Positions 17,768 through 26,537 are shown, counted from the stretch's first letter. The stretch: 64,000 nt of DNA from Candidatus Thorarchaeota archaeon (GCA_048883045.1 JBHLRA010000001.1:19841-83840); one strand, 5' to 3'. Notes: a model not told the origin generated them from the sequence alone. Program-made: numbers and translations.

Positions 17768-18292
17768 TTAGACATCTATTGATCTCATTTCATCAGTTAT
17801 TTCTCTGACTTGGTCTAATTTTTTTAGCCAATTATCTTCGTCAGCCATTATGCCTGGTACTATTAAAACATTGTTTTGTTTTGTAACATTTATATCAATT
17901 CCAGGTTTAGGGAATAAATTTCTAAGCTTGCATAGAGTTTCTAGATAATTATGGCGAGCATTGAAATCGGGAAGCTGTATGCCTGATTTATCAAATTTGT
18001 AGGCCGCCAATCCTTCAAAAATCAATTCTGCTATTTTTTTTAGCGTAAGCCCTTGAGCTTCTAACTCTTCATCAATGGTTGGTTTTATTTTTTTCATCAT
18101 CTGAGCAGCTTTGACGCCAGCTCGAAGATATTCTTTTTGATCTCGTAAATCTAGTCCTTTAACTATGCCATAAGCTTGTATTGCATTGCCGCCATTTTTT
18201 ATATATTCTTCTAAAAATTTAAGTTCAATGGGCTTCAAACTCTTTCTATTTCTCTTAGATTCATCTAAAACAACAATATCTTTATTGTCCAT
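17768..18292 (-). CDS. terS: terminase small subunit
   Basis: LKPIELKFLEEYIKNGGNAIQAYGIV is a Terminase_2-like HTH; directly upstream of terL. Confidence 0.75.
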   Translation of the reverse strand: MDNKDIVVLDESKRNRKSLKPIELKFLEEYIKNGGNAIQAYGIVKGLDLRDQKEYLRAGVKAAQMMKKIKPTIDEELEAQGLTLKKIAELIFEGLAAYKFDKSGIQLPDFNARHNYLETLCKLRNLFPKPGIDINVTKQNNVLIVPGIMADEDNWLKKLDQVREITDEMRSIDV

Positions 18293-18378
18293 GATATCTC
18301 CTAATTCCTGTAAGCAAATTTCTTCTCCCTATATATATTATATTTATTTTTCGAAAAAAATAACGAAATTTCGCAAAT

Positions 18379-18417
18379 AGTATAAAAATTATACTGCTGA
18401 AGTATAAAAATTATACT
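18379..18417. promoter_or_regulatory. two identical 17-bp inverted-repeat operators AGTATAAAAATTATACT, centres 22 bp apart
   Basis: 18379-18395 and 18401-18417, in the divergent region between terS (-) and the + strand early genes. The bottom strand of each reads TATAAT. Confidence 0.6.
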
Positions 18418-18490
18418 ATTTTTTTTACAAGAAAAATCAATATTTAGCAAAAACAATAAGTTATAAAATTGTTAAATTGGGTATAAAATA

Positions 18491-18531
18491 AGCAATAGTA
18501 TATAATAGAACTTAACAAAGGAGACAATAAA
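18491..18531 (+). promoter_or_regulatory. element A variant (AATAGTATATAATAGAACTTAACAAAGGAG)
   Basis: Shares the TATAAT-like core, CTTAACAA and SD with element A copies; precedes ATG 18532. Confidence 0.4.
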
Positions 18532-18669
18532 ATGAACACAAGAGATAGAAGAAATCGCAAAGCGATAAGAAAAGTTTTATATAGTCTCAGATCTGAAGGT
18601 TATAAAAATAGTTACAATGGCGATATTTATAATAGCTTATCTAAAAAATTAAAGACTTGGTTCAAATAA
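18532..18669 (+). CDS. small basic hypothetical protein (45 aa)
   Basis: Hand-translated MNTRDRRNRKAIRKVLYSLRSEGYKNSY...; AAGGAG SD. Confidence 0.45.
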   Translation: MNTRDRRNRKAIRKVLYSLRSEGYKNSYNGDIYNSLSKKLKTWFK

Positions 18670-18675
18670 TAAAGA

Positions 18676-18738
18676 TTTTTTCAATAGTAACCGATAGTAT
18701 AAATAGAGGATAAAATAAGAATCTTAACAAGGGAGAGG
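18676..18738 (+). promoter_or_regulatory. element A copy (T-run, CGATAGTATAAATAGAGG, AAATAAGAATCTTAACAAGGGAG)
   Basis: Conserved promoter/leader block directly upstream of ATG 18745. Confidence 0.55.
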
Positions 18739-18744
18739 CACAAT

Positions 18745-18975
18745 ATGTTTAAACCAATAGCTTTAATTTATCCAGAGAAAGCAAAGAGGCCATTATTTAT
18801 AGGTTATTTCAAAAATGAGAAAGATGGCCTATATACGGTGCAATCTTCTTTTAGAACAGTGAAATCAGGATTATCTTCTCTTAAGGAAGTTTGTGCGCAA
18901 ATAGAATGGGAATTTGGAGATCATCCTGATTTTAAATGGATGCCGCTCTTTAATGCAAATAGTTTAATTATTTAA
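18745..18975 (+). CDS. hypothetical protein
   Basis: 76-aa ORF behind element A. Confidence 0.6.
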   Translation: MFKPIALIYPEKAKRPLFIGYFKNEKDGLYTVQSSFRTVKSGLSSLKEVCAQIEWEFGDHPDFKWMPLFNANSLII

Positions 18976-19120
18976 TCAAAATTTAATTCCCTGGACTACA
19001 AAGGGCATTGTTTACTTTATTTGGGAAAACGATATGGCGAATTGATGTCTAACAATCATAAGGGGAAAGAAGGTTAACAATCCTCTTCTTTTCAATTTTT
19101 AGCTATAGGAGGAAAATTAA

Positions 19121-19294
19121 ATGTGTGAAATTGGACTTCAATCTTATACCGGGTCTCAGGCCCCTTGGGTGTATAAAATGCTTTTCAATAGACGTTTGGA
19201 TTCTATGAAATTGAAAATTAAAGCAAAGCTGAATCCTAACCCTTTAAGCAAAGCTTTTGTTGAAAAGGAGATAATTAAAAATTATGTCAAATAG
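19121..19294 (+). CDS. small hypothetical protein (57 aa)
   Basis: Hand-translated MCEIGLQSYTGSQAPWVYKM...; SD TAGGAGG 8 nt upstream. Confidence 0.45.
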   Translation: MCEIGLQSYTGSQAPWVYKMLFNRRLDSMKLKIKAKLNPNPLSKAFVEKEIIKNYVK

Positions 19295-19346
19295 ATTGTT
19301 ATTTTTTAAAAAAATTTGAGTATAATATATATATGGGAGAAAAACT

Positions 19347-19589
19347 ATGATATTTCCAGAAGAGAAAAAACTGCTTTGTGTAACCTTTAAAGAGATGGGC
19401 TATGCTCAACTAAGGTATAGGGTTAAAGGTGATTTTGGAAAAAAGAAAGCTTTATTTGTTATAGTTGATTTGTTATCTAATGCTGTAAAGTATGAGGTGA
19501 TATGCCTAGGTTCTAAGCACAAAGAGAATGATGAAAAACACGAATACCATTGCTTTTCTTCAGCAATCCATCATTATAATCAAATTTGA
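19347..19589 (+). CDS. hypothetical protein
   Basis: 80-aa ORF, GGGAGA SD. Confidence 0.55.
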   Translation: MIFPEEKKLLCVTFKEMGYAQLRYRVKGDFGKKKALFVIVDLLSNAVKYEVICLGSKHKENDEKHEYHCFSSAIHHYNQI

Positions 19590-19598
19590 GGATATATT

Positions 19599-19988
19599 AT
19601 GAACTATTTTAAGCCAAAAAAAGGGAAAACATACGAGCTTATTTCTTCATCACTTTGCCAACATTTCAAGCCTTATAACCTAATTAAACCTGCAATAGGG
19701 TTTATAGAGGATGGAAAAGTTAAGCAAATAATCCCATATAAGGAGGCCCCTAGAGCAGTCAAGGATAAGGTTAAAGAGATCAGAAAAAAATGGCTGACTT
19801 ATCGTAATTTATTTGTAAGGCCTTTTGTTTTCCAATTTAGAAAAATTTATTTAAGGCTGGATGGCGTACAAAAGAAAGGAGAAAGTATTTATTATATGTG
19901 GACAATACTCTATAATTGCGATCCATTCCATAGGAATAGTACAACTATTACCGTTAGATTCGAAGATTTTTTTATAAATAGCCGATAA
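19599..19988 (+). CDS. hypothetical protein
   Basis: 129-aa ORF; its last codons overlap the upstream half of an element A copy. Confidence 0.6.
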   Translation: MNYFKPKKGKTYELISSSLCQHFKPYNLIKPAIGFIEDGKVKQIIPYKEAPRAVKDKVKEIRKKWLTYRNLFVRPFVFQFRKIYLRLDGVQKKGESIYYMWTILYNCDPFHRNSTTITVRFEDFFINSR

Positions 19989-20028
19989 TATAAATAGAGG
20001 GAAAAATAAGAAACCTTAACAAGGAGGG
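19967..20028 (+). promoter_or_regulatory. element A copy (TTTTTTTATAAATAGCCGATAATATAAATAGAGGGAAAAATAAGAAACCTTAACAAGGAGG)
   Basis: Directly upstream of ATG 20034. Confidence 0.55.
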
Positions 20029-20033
20029 GAATT

Positions 20034-20228
20034 ATGACAAGAATCGTTACTATTTATAGATCAGATTACAATGGCCACAAAGATAGCGAGGGCACAGAAT
20101 ATTTTAATTATCTCCTTGGTGCTCTTGGAGTCCCTGATAAAGAACAAGAGAATATACACGAAGTGACTTTGACGGTCAAAGATTTCAAAACTGAAGACCT
20201 ACAATGCCATAGTGACTGGAATAGCTGA
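20034..20228 (+). CDS. hypothetical protein
   Basis: 64-aa ORF behind element A. Confidence 0.55.
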   Translation: MTRIVTIYRSDYNGHKDSEGTEYFNYLLGALGVPDKEQENIHEVTLTVKDFKTEDLQCHSDWNS

Positions 20229-20258
20229 TTATATGAAATTTGATAACTAAGGGGAGAT

Positions 20259-20447
20259 ATGTTTGATATAAAACATCTAATTGATTTTGTCAATGAAATA
20301 TTAGGCCAAAATAGCCCTACTCAAGATCAAAAAAGAATGTGCTGCTATATATTGGAAAATATGCTGCAAAAATCTTGTGTAGATATTAAATTTCATTATC
20401 TTAAAGGAAATTATTTTGGGCAAGAATTTGATAGATTCTATTTTTAA
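20259..20447 (+). CDS. hypothetical protein
   Basis: 62-aa ORF, GGGGAGA SD. Confidence 0.55.
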   Translation: MFDIKHLIDFVNEILGQNSPTQDQKRMCCYILENMLQKSCVDIKFHYLKGNYFGQEFDRFYF

Positions 20448-20459
20448 AAGGGGGACAAG

Positions 20460-20636
20460 ATGAGCTGTAATGCTAGAATAAAAATATTAAGCTGTAAATG
20501 TACGTTAAATGAAGAAGATAGAAAATACTGTGATTTTAACCCTAATGAAGGAGAAGAATGTGAAGATTTTTCTCAAGGCGAATGTCAATCTAGTGAAGCT
20601 TTCAAAGACTCCTTGGAAAGTCAAGGTTATATATGA
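20460..20636 (+). CDS. small acidic Cys-rich hypothetical protein (58 aa)
   Basis: Hand-translated MSCNARIKILSCKCTLNEEDRKYCDF...; SD AAGGGGGA; ATGA overlap with the helicase start. Preferred over the antisense ORF 20505-20747. Confidence 0.5.
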   Translation: MSCNARIKILSCKCTLNEEDRKYCDFNPNEGEECEDFSQGECQSSEAFKDSLESQGYI

Positions 20637-22444
20637 ATAAAAGAATTGTAAGACTACTTTTGGAGAGCGATGAGCATATTGTGGGGGCCTTAATACATTT
20701 GGCTCAGCTTCGTCCTGAATTTTATTTTGATAAATCAGATTCAGCACTCTTCTATGAATCTTTTAATTTTTATACAAGCCGGGGGTATATAATTGAAAAC
20801 AGAGTGGAAATTATACGGAAAACTTTAATCAATTATTCTGATGCCCTTGAAAAGACAGGTTGGAATGAAAAGGGGCTTCCCCTAATTAGCGCTAAGATTA
20901 AGAATGGATCTGAAATAACTTTGGAAATAATTTTATCCAATACAATAAAAATGAAAAGTACAGATATGACTGAAGAACTCAAAAATATTATCCGAACAGA
21001 TCTGACTTTTAAGAACCCTTTATATGAAAATGCAAAACTTTATAGTTATTGGACAAAAGGCCTTAGCAAACATCTTTATGGATTCGATGAAAACAAAGGG
21101 GTATTCTCTATAAGTCGAGGCTATATAAATCAACTAGAGAAAACATTGAAAGAGCTGGGTTTAAAATGGAACATTGTCGATAAGAGAAGGATTTTGGATA
21201 AAATCAATTTTACATTTAAAGGCAAGTTAATAAATTATCAGAATAGAATAACCTCTAATGTTTTGCAAAAAGATTTCGGGGTGATATCTTCTCCTTGTGC
21301 ATCAGGCAAAACCGTTATGGCTCTATACATAATATCTGAGCGGAAACAGCCAGCTATAGTTATAGTCCATACTAAAGAGCTTTTGAATCAATGGATAGAT
21401 AGGATAAGCAATTTTTTAAATACGCCCCAAATCGGGATAATAGGAGCAGGGAAGAAATCTATAGGTCCTATTACTATTGGGATGGTTCAAACTTTGTCTC
21501 GTAAAACCCCTAAAGAGCTAGAAGCTATTTCAGAAAATTTTGGTCAAATAATATTCGATGAATGCCATCATATCCCTTGTCAATCTTTTATAAAAACTCT
21601 CGATGGCTTTGATGCCAAATTTATGTTAGGGCTGAGTGCAACTCCTTATAGAAGAGATAAATTGGACAAACTTATATTTACTGCTTTAGGCGGAATAGTT
21701 GATGGAGCCTCAAATGAGGATTTGGTTGAATCAAATAGAAGAATAAGGCCTGAAATAATTGTGAGAAAAACTGAATTCAATTATTACTATTTTGACCATT
21801 TGATGGGGTTAAGAGATAAAACTATAGAACTGATTAAAAAATTTGAAGACAAAGAAAGCAGAAGAATAATATTTAATAGGAGCCGAATAAATGAAATATT
21901 AGGTTATGATGAAGAAGATTATAGCGATGAAATTTCAGATATTCGAAGATTCATTGTAGGCAAAAGGCACTTCATGATTGATGCACTTATATCTGATTTT
22001 GAGCGCAACAAGCTTATAGTCAAAGATATCGAGAAAGAGTATAGAGCCAAAAATTATTCTCTAATACTGACTGATAGAATTAAACATTGTGCTTATATTA
22101 AAAAAATCTTAGATGGTAAAAAAATAAAGTATGAAATTTTGTTAGGAGTTATGGGGAAGAAAGAAAGGAAGAGGGTGATAGATGCACTTAATGGAAAGAA
22201 AACTAGAGTAGTAATAGCAACTGGACAATTAGCCGGGGAAGGGTTGGATGTGCCTCACATTAATAGACTGTTTATAATCATGCCTATAAGCTGGAAGGGA
22301 AGAGTCGAACAATATGTAGGCAGGATATTGAGACCGGCAAAAAATAAGACTGATGCTAAGGTTTATGACTATGTAGATGTAAACGTCGAAAATTTAAATA
22401 ATGCCTATAAAACTAGGCAAAGAATCTATAACCATTTCAAATAA
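20633..22444 (+). CDS. SF2 DEAD/DEAH-box helicase
   Basis: SSPCASGKTVMA (motif I), IIFDECHHIP (II), LGLSATPYRRD (III), ATGQLAGEGLDVP (V), QYVGRILR (VI). Confidence 0.85.
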   Translation: MNKRIVRLLLESDEHIVGALIHLAQLRPEFYFDKSDSALFYESFNFYTSRGYIIENRVEIIRKTLINYSDALEKTGWNEKGLPLISAKIKNGSEITLEIILSNTIKMKSTDMTEELKNIIRTDLTFKNPLYENAKLYSYWTKGLSKHLYGFDENKGVFSISRGYINQLEKTLKELGLKWNIVDKRRILDKINFTFKGKLINYQNRITSNVLQKDFGVISSPCASGKTVMALYIISERKQPAIVIVHTKELLNQWIDRISNFLNTPQIGIIGAGKKSIGPITIGMVQTLSRKTPKELEAISENFGQIIFDECHHIPCQSFIKTLDGFDAKFMLGLSATPYRRDKLDKLIFTALGGIVDGASNEDLVESNRRIRPEIIVRKTEFNYYYFDHLMGLRDKTIELIKKFEDKESRRIIFNRSRINEILGYDEEDYSDEISDIRRFIVGKRHFMIDALISDFERNKLIVKDIEKEYRAKNYSLILTDRIKHCAYIKKILDGKKIKYEILLGVMGKKERKRVIDALNGKKTRVVIATGQLAGEGLDVPHINRLFIIMPISWKGRVEQYVGRILRPAKNKTDAKVYDYVDVNVENLNNAYKTRQRIYNHFK

Positions 22445-22459
22445 AGAAAGAGGGGTACA

Positions 22460-22954
22460 ATGACTAAAGAACAAGAAAATATTATCCAAATATTAGTTAA
22501 ATCTTTTTTTTTAAGATTTGGTACTATTGTAGATTTAGACATTCTAAAAAGTGAAGCTTTTTTTGTATACTCTTGGCTTTTAGATAAAAACAATAATTAT
22601 TATTTAGGTGAAGATAATGAAGGCATTAAATTTTATGTCACTAAAAGATTAATTGATTTGGTTATAAAAAAATTTAGAGAGCTTAAAAAAAATACAATTA
22701 TATCTGAAAAGCTGGAAGATTATAGCATTAATAGTACTCTCATTAATCCAGATCATGAATTAGATTTCAGAATTGGGCTTAATAAATTATCCCCTAATGC
22801 CAAAATTTTGATAGATTTAATATTTAATGAAAAATCAGATATAGATAAATTTAATATCCAAGGCGTCATAAGGGCATCCAAAAGAGCCGGAATGAAAAGA
22901 ACTGCCTGCCTAAAAGCCGTTAAAGAAATACAAGCTTTTCTAAGGAGTCTATAA
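22460..22954 (+). CDS. hypothetical protein, possible sigma-like/HTH regulator
   Basis: 164 aa; LSPNAKILIDLIF resembles sigma region 4; weak. Confidence 0.3.
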   Translation: MTKEQENIIQILVKSFFLRFGTIVDLDILKSEAFFVYSWLLDKNNNYYLGEDNEGIKFYVTKRLIDLVIKKFRELKKNTIISEKLEDYSINSTLINPDHELDFRIGLNKLSPNAKILIDLIFNEKSDIDKFNIQGVIRASKRAGMKRTACLKAVKEIQAFLRSL

Positions 22955-23157
22955 TGCCATTACCAGAAGAATTATTTAAATTGAGTCTTTCTGATTATGT
23001 ATTGGAAAGATACAACAGGTTAGCTAAAAACAAAGTCTTCAGTGCTTATGCAGATAAATGGGATTTCAATCAATGGATGGCTGTCAATAGACTTTGGCTA
23101 CTTCAATATTGCGGGGTTATTTGTAACCGTATAGATCCTAAACACCTTAGAGATTAG
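22954..23157 (+). CDS. hypothetical protein
   Basis: 67-aa ORF, ATGA-type coupling to the upstream gene. Confidence 0.55.
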   Translation: MPLPEELFKLSLSDYVLERYNRLAKNKVFSAYADKWDFNQWMAVNRLWLLQYCGVICNRIDPKHLRD

Positions 23158-23166
23158 GAGAGGAAG

Positions 23167-23445
23167 ATGAAAATATTTATTCTAATAGCTATATTATGTT
23201 TGATTTGGTTATTTGCAATAGCTGCTTATAAAGATTTCAAAGAAAATGAAAAACACAAAAAGGAAGAAGAGAAGAAATTGGCAGCTATTCCTGACATCAT
23301 GCCATTATTTGACCCTAACTCTAAATGTTCGGCTTGCACAGCTCCCAATCCTTATTTAAGATTTGTAATTTGTGGATTTCAATCTTCTCTAGGATATAGC
23401 GGAGAAGCAATTAAAAAAGAATGTTGTAATTGTGGTCATGTTTGA
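23167..23445 (+). CDS. membrane-anchored Cys-rich hypothetical protein
   Basis: N-terminal TM IFILIAILCLIWLFAIAA; CSAC...CCNCG. Confidence 0.55.
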   Translation: MKIFILIAILCLIWLFAIAAYKDFKENEKHKKEEEKKLAAIPDIMPLFDPNSKCSACTAPNPYLRFVICGFQSSLGYSGEAIKKECCNCGHV

Positions 23446-23517
23446 TGGGAACATATAGCTAATTTCAAAAAACCTGAAAAAATAAAAATAGCTAAATTTA
23501 ATGCAAAAAAAGGAGTC

Positions 23518-23859
23518 ATGATGAAATTTTCAAATTTTAGAAAAAATAAAAATCAATATGAAATAGATGGGGTTTGTGATTTTTGTAAAAAGGAATTCTC
23601 CGGGTCTATAATAATCGGAACCAGCCTTTATACTCGATTAAACATATTTAACAGACCTAAATCTAATGGCGCTATATTTTTATGGAATACTCCCGGCCCA
23701 ACTAGAAAAGATATTGAAGATTATTTAGCAGGAAAGGATTTGATCAAAATAAAATATATAACAAAAGTGCTGACTAGATTTAAAAAAGAAGTTTCTATCA
23801 GGTTTGGCTTTCCTAAACTTATGCTGGCCTGCCCAGGCTGTTTTAGAAAGGATAACTAA
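23518..23859 (+). CDS. hypothetical zinc-ribbon protein
   Basis: CDFCKK ... CPGC. Confidence 0.55.
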   Translation: MMKFSNFRKNKNQYEIDGVCDFCKKEFSGSIIIGTSLYTRLNIFNRPKSNGAIFLWNTPGPTRKDIEDYLAGKDLIKIKYITKVLTRFKKEVSIRFGFPKLMLACPGCFRKDN

Positions 23860-23861
23860 TA

Positions 23862-24098
23862 ATGACATATTATGTAATTATAAGAACTTTAAAAGGGGAA
23901 TCCAATCCAGGCAAGGCTATGATAACTAGCTATGAATCTTTCAAGAGGCTGCTTTCTTATGAAAACGCTAAAGATTGGATAGAATATTGGGTTAAACCTT
24001 TTGAAAATTATCAAAAGGCACTTGATAAATGCAAAGAGCTAAATGATTACTGGGATTATTTTATAGATTCTTCATGGAGAGGCTTTGAAATACCGTGA
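23862..24098 (+). CDS. hypothetical protein
   Basis: 78-aa ORF. Confidence 0.55.
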   Translation: MTYYVIIRTLKGESNPGKAMITSYESFKRLLSYENAKDWIEYWVKPFENYQKALDKCKELNDYWDYFIDSSWRGFEIP

Positions 24099-24124
24099 AA
24101 GGAATAATTTAAAAGGAGAGAATT

Positions 24125-24280
24125 ATGAGATATTTAAGAATAAACTATGGGACAGATTCGCAAAATACTAAGATGGAAAACGCTTTGATATACTTATTGA
24201 GAATTTTTGGGTACAAACCATATACTACCGGCAGCAATATACAAGATAGGGTTTTGATTTTTGAAAAGGAAGATATATAA
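24125..24280 (+). CDS. small hypothetical protein (51 aa)
   Basis: Hand-translated MRYLRINYGTDSQNTKMENALIYLL...; SD AAGGAGAG; 1-nt overlap with the primase ATG. Confidence 0.45.
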   Translation: MRYLRINYGTDSQNTKMENALIYLLRIFGYKPYTTGSNIQDRVLIFEKEDI

Positions 24281-25182
24281 TGCCTTTTAAAGTCGAAGAA
24301 TTTTTAGCAGACTATTCTATCCCTTCAAGAAAAGAAGGGTCTAATACTCATTCAGGCTGGATCCAGATCTGTTGTCCATTCTGTTTGGGCAGTGATGACA
24401 ATTATCACGGCGGGTTTAATATCGCTGGGGGGTATTATAATTGTTGGAAATGTGGGGGTCATAGTCTTAATTATCTTATCATCAAACTATTAAAATGCTC
24501 TTACGAGGAAGCCAAAAAGATAATCAGGACTTACGAAGGTTCCTCCTCTACCCAAAAATATAATCTAAAGAATGATTTTAAGAGGCCTAATGTATTTGAT
24601 TTCCCCAAATATTTTAGGCCTATAGAAGGAGTTTATAAGCTGTATTTGGAGAATAGAAATTTTGATCCTCGATTTTTAGTTAAAAAATACAATCTAAAAT
24701 CCTCCGGTCCGGTAGGGTTTTATAAATTCAGAATAATAGCGCCTATCTATTATGGAGGCAGGATAGTTAGTTTTCAAGGTCGAGATATTACTGGAGCTAA
24801 AAAAGCTAAAAGATATAAAGCTTGCAATAAGGGGAATGAGCTTATTCATCACAAAGATATCCTCTACAATTTGGACAATTGTAATAAAGACACAATAGCT
24901 GTGGTAGAAGGATTTTTTGATGTCATGAGAATAGGCGATGATTGTGCGGCAACTTTCGGAACCGAATGGACTATTGAACAGTTTATGATATTAAAAGAAA
25001 AGTTTAAAAGAATATTTATAATATATGACAATGAAAGAGAGGCCCAGAATAAAGCCATAAAATTAGCAATAGGCCTCGATTCTTTTGGTAAAGATGTTGA
25101 AATTTTTAAACTAGATAGAGGAGATCCTGCTGATTTAAGTCCAGATGATGCTTTGCATCTAAGAAGGGAGCTTAATATATGA
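24280..25182 (+). CDS. DNA primase (zinc finger + TOPRIM)
   Basis: CCPFCLGSDDNYHGG...CWKCGGH zinc finger; VVEGFFDVMRIGD, IIYDNEREAQNKA and DPAD TOPRIM motifs. Confidence 0.85.
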   Translation: MPFKVEEFLADYSIPSRKEGSNTHSGWIQICCPFCLGSDDNYHGGFNIAGGYYNCWKCGGHSLNYLIIKLLKCSYEEAKKIIRTYEGSSSTQKYNLKNDFKRPNVFDFPKYFRPIEGVYKLYLENRNFDPRFLVKKYNLKSSGPVGFYKFRIIAPIYYGGRIVSFQGRDITGAKKAKRYKACNKGNELIHHKDILYNLDNCNKDTIAVVEGFFDVMRIGDDCAATFGTEWTIEQFMILKEKFKRIFIIYDNEREAQNKAIKLAIGLDSFGKDVEIFKLDRGDPADLSPDDALHLRRELNI

Positions 25183-26537
25183 ATAGAGAAGATAGACCAA
25201 AAAAACCTAGACAAATAAAGATGAAAATATACCCTGAACTTTTTTCTTTAGGGAGAGATGAAGCGATGATGATAAGTGATTTTATTGACACTTGGGTGGA
25301 TAAATATAGGAAAGGCTTATTAGATAAAGATGGTTTTTTTGAGTATTCTAGGCTTGAAGTTTCTAATCGTTTAAATCTAGGTAAAGATTTCCAACATAAT
25401 GTATTGAAAATATTAGAATATTTAGGAATAATAGAAGTCAAAATTTTAAAAAAATCAAAAGGCAAAAGTAGCATTTCCACAAAACGCTTGATACGCCTTA
25501 ATCAAGAGACTTTTTCGACGTCGCCACAACTTGGTTTTTCGACTTCGTCTAGCCAGACGTCGAAAAATGAGGATAACTATAGGGATTTAAAGGAGAAACT
25601 TGATGAGGCCAAAAATCAAACGTGTATTATATATAATATACTACTATATTATATACTTTCTTTTTCTAATACTTACGTATTAGAATATAATACTAACGTA
25701 TTATCTTCTAATTCTAGAGTATTAGAAAAAGTATGCCCCGATAAATCGGGGCAAGAAATTATCTCTTTTTTTAATTCCCTAGAAAATCTTAGAACCCATA
25801 ACCGTGTTAGAGGGGGAAGATTATCCAAGACTTATATTAGATGTGAAAAGAAAATAAAGCTCCTAAAAGATGGTCTTTTCTATAGCCGATATAGATTAAA
25901 TAAAAACTTCCTAGACAAACATCAAATACCTAATCTGATATATAAAAAATTTACTGATAGAGAAATAATGAGAGGTTTCAGAAATTTATCAATCCTAGTA
26001 GAGAATGAGTATGGCTATGTGACTGGAAAAAAGATTTGGCCAAATGTAGGAATTAAAGAAAAGATAAAAAAGCTCTCTATAGAAGATTTATTGTTTCATC
26101 CAGTAAATAAAAATAGTTGGTTTCTCATAGCTTTATACCACAAACCTAAACTAATTTATGAACAATTGAGGGTGCCTTTTGAAGAAAAGTATCTCAATAT
26201 ATTTTCATCTGTTCTTTCTCCTGATGTTGATTTAAATATAAAACAAAGGCTAGTATATACAATAGATAGCATAATAAAAGCTCAAGACTATCTAATAGAC
26301 ACCAATAAGTTTAATTGGAATGGGATGAGTCTAGGTTATAAGGGAGACCCTGAAAACTTTTTAAAAAAATATTTTTGGTTTATTAAGGATGAATTAGGCA
26401 TAGATGGGGAGAGAAATAAACTTTCTTTCCTCCGAAATAGCATACGATCTAAGAGTTTTTGGAATTCTTTCTGTGATTTTTTAAGAGAGGAATTCTTTTT
26501 AGAAAATACAGAAGGGGCAAAGAAAATGTTCAAATAA
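25179..26537 (+). CDS. replication initiator/replisome organiser-like protein
   Basis: N-terminal winged-helix-like segment (NVLKILEYLGIIEV). A low-complexity linker coincides with iteron-like DNA repeats. Position after the primase. Confidence 0.45.
   Translation: MNREDRPKKPRQIKMKIYPELFSLGRDEAMMISDFIDTWVDKYRKGLLDKDGFFEYSRLEVSNRLNLGKDFQHNVLKILEYLGIIEVKILKKSKGKSSISTKRLIRLNQETFSTSPQLGFSTSSSQTSKNEDNYRDLKEKLDEAKNQTCIIYNILLYYILSFSNTYVLEYNTNVLSSNSRVLEKVCPDKSGQEIISFFNSLENLRTHNRVRGGRLSKTYIRCEKKIKLLKDGLFYSRYRLNKNFLDKHQIPNLIYKKFTDREIMRGFRNLSILVENEYGYVTGKKIWPNVGIKEKIKKLSIEDLLFHPVNKNSWFLIALYHKPKLIYEQLRVPFEEKYLNIFSSVLSPDVDLNIKQRLVYTIDSIIKAQDYLIDTNKFNWNGMSLGYKGDPENFLKKYFWFIKDELGIDGERNKLSFLRNSIRSKSFWNSFCDFLREEFFLENTEGAKKMFK
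25511..25752. other. candidate origin of replication inside the initiator-like gene
   Basis: TTTTTCGACGTCG (25511-25523), TTTTTCGACTTCG (25535-25547), inverted GACGTCGAAAAA (25556-25567). About 110-bp AT-rich stretch with AATACT(T/A)ACGTATTA x2 (25668-25682, 25689-25703). Inverted repeat GCCCCGAT-AA-ATCGGGGC (25735-25752). Confidence 0.45.

Noticed and set aside
20505-20747. 80-aa - strand ORF
   Set aside because: It is antisense to a + strand small gene with a good SD and to the helicase start, and it sits in a uniformly + strand block.
24864-25480. Two - strand ORFs (24864-25214, 25172-25480)
   Set aside because: They are antisense to the primase and initiator-like genes, with Ser/Leu-rich low-complexity translations and no SD.
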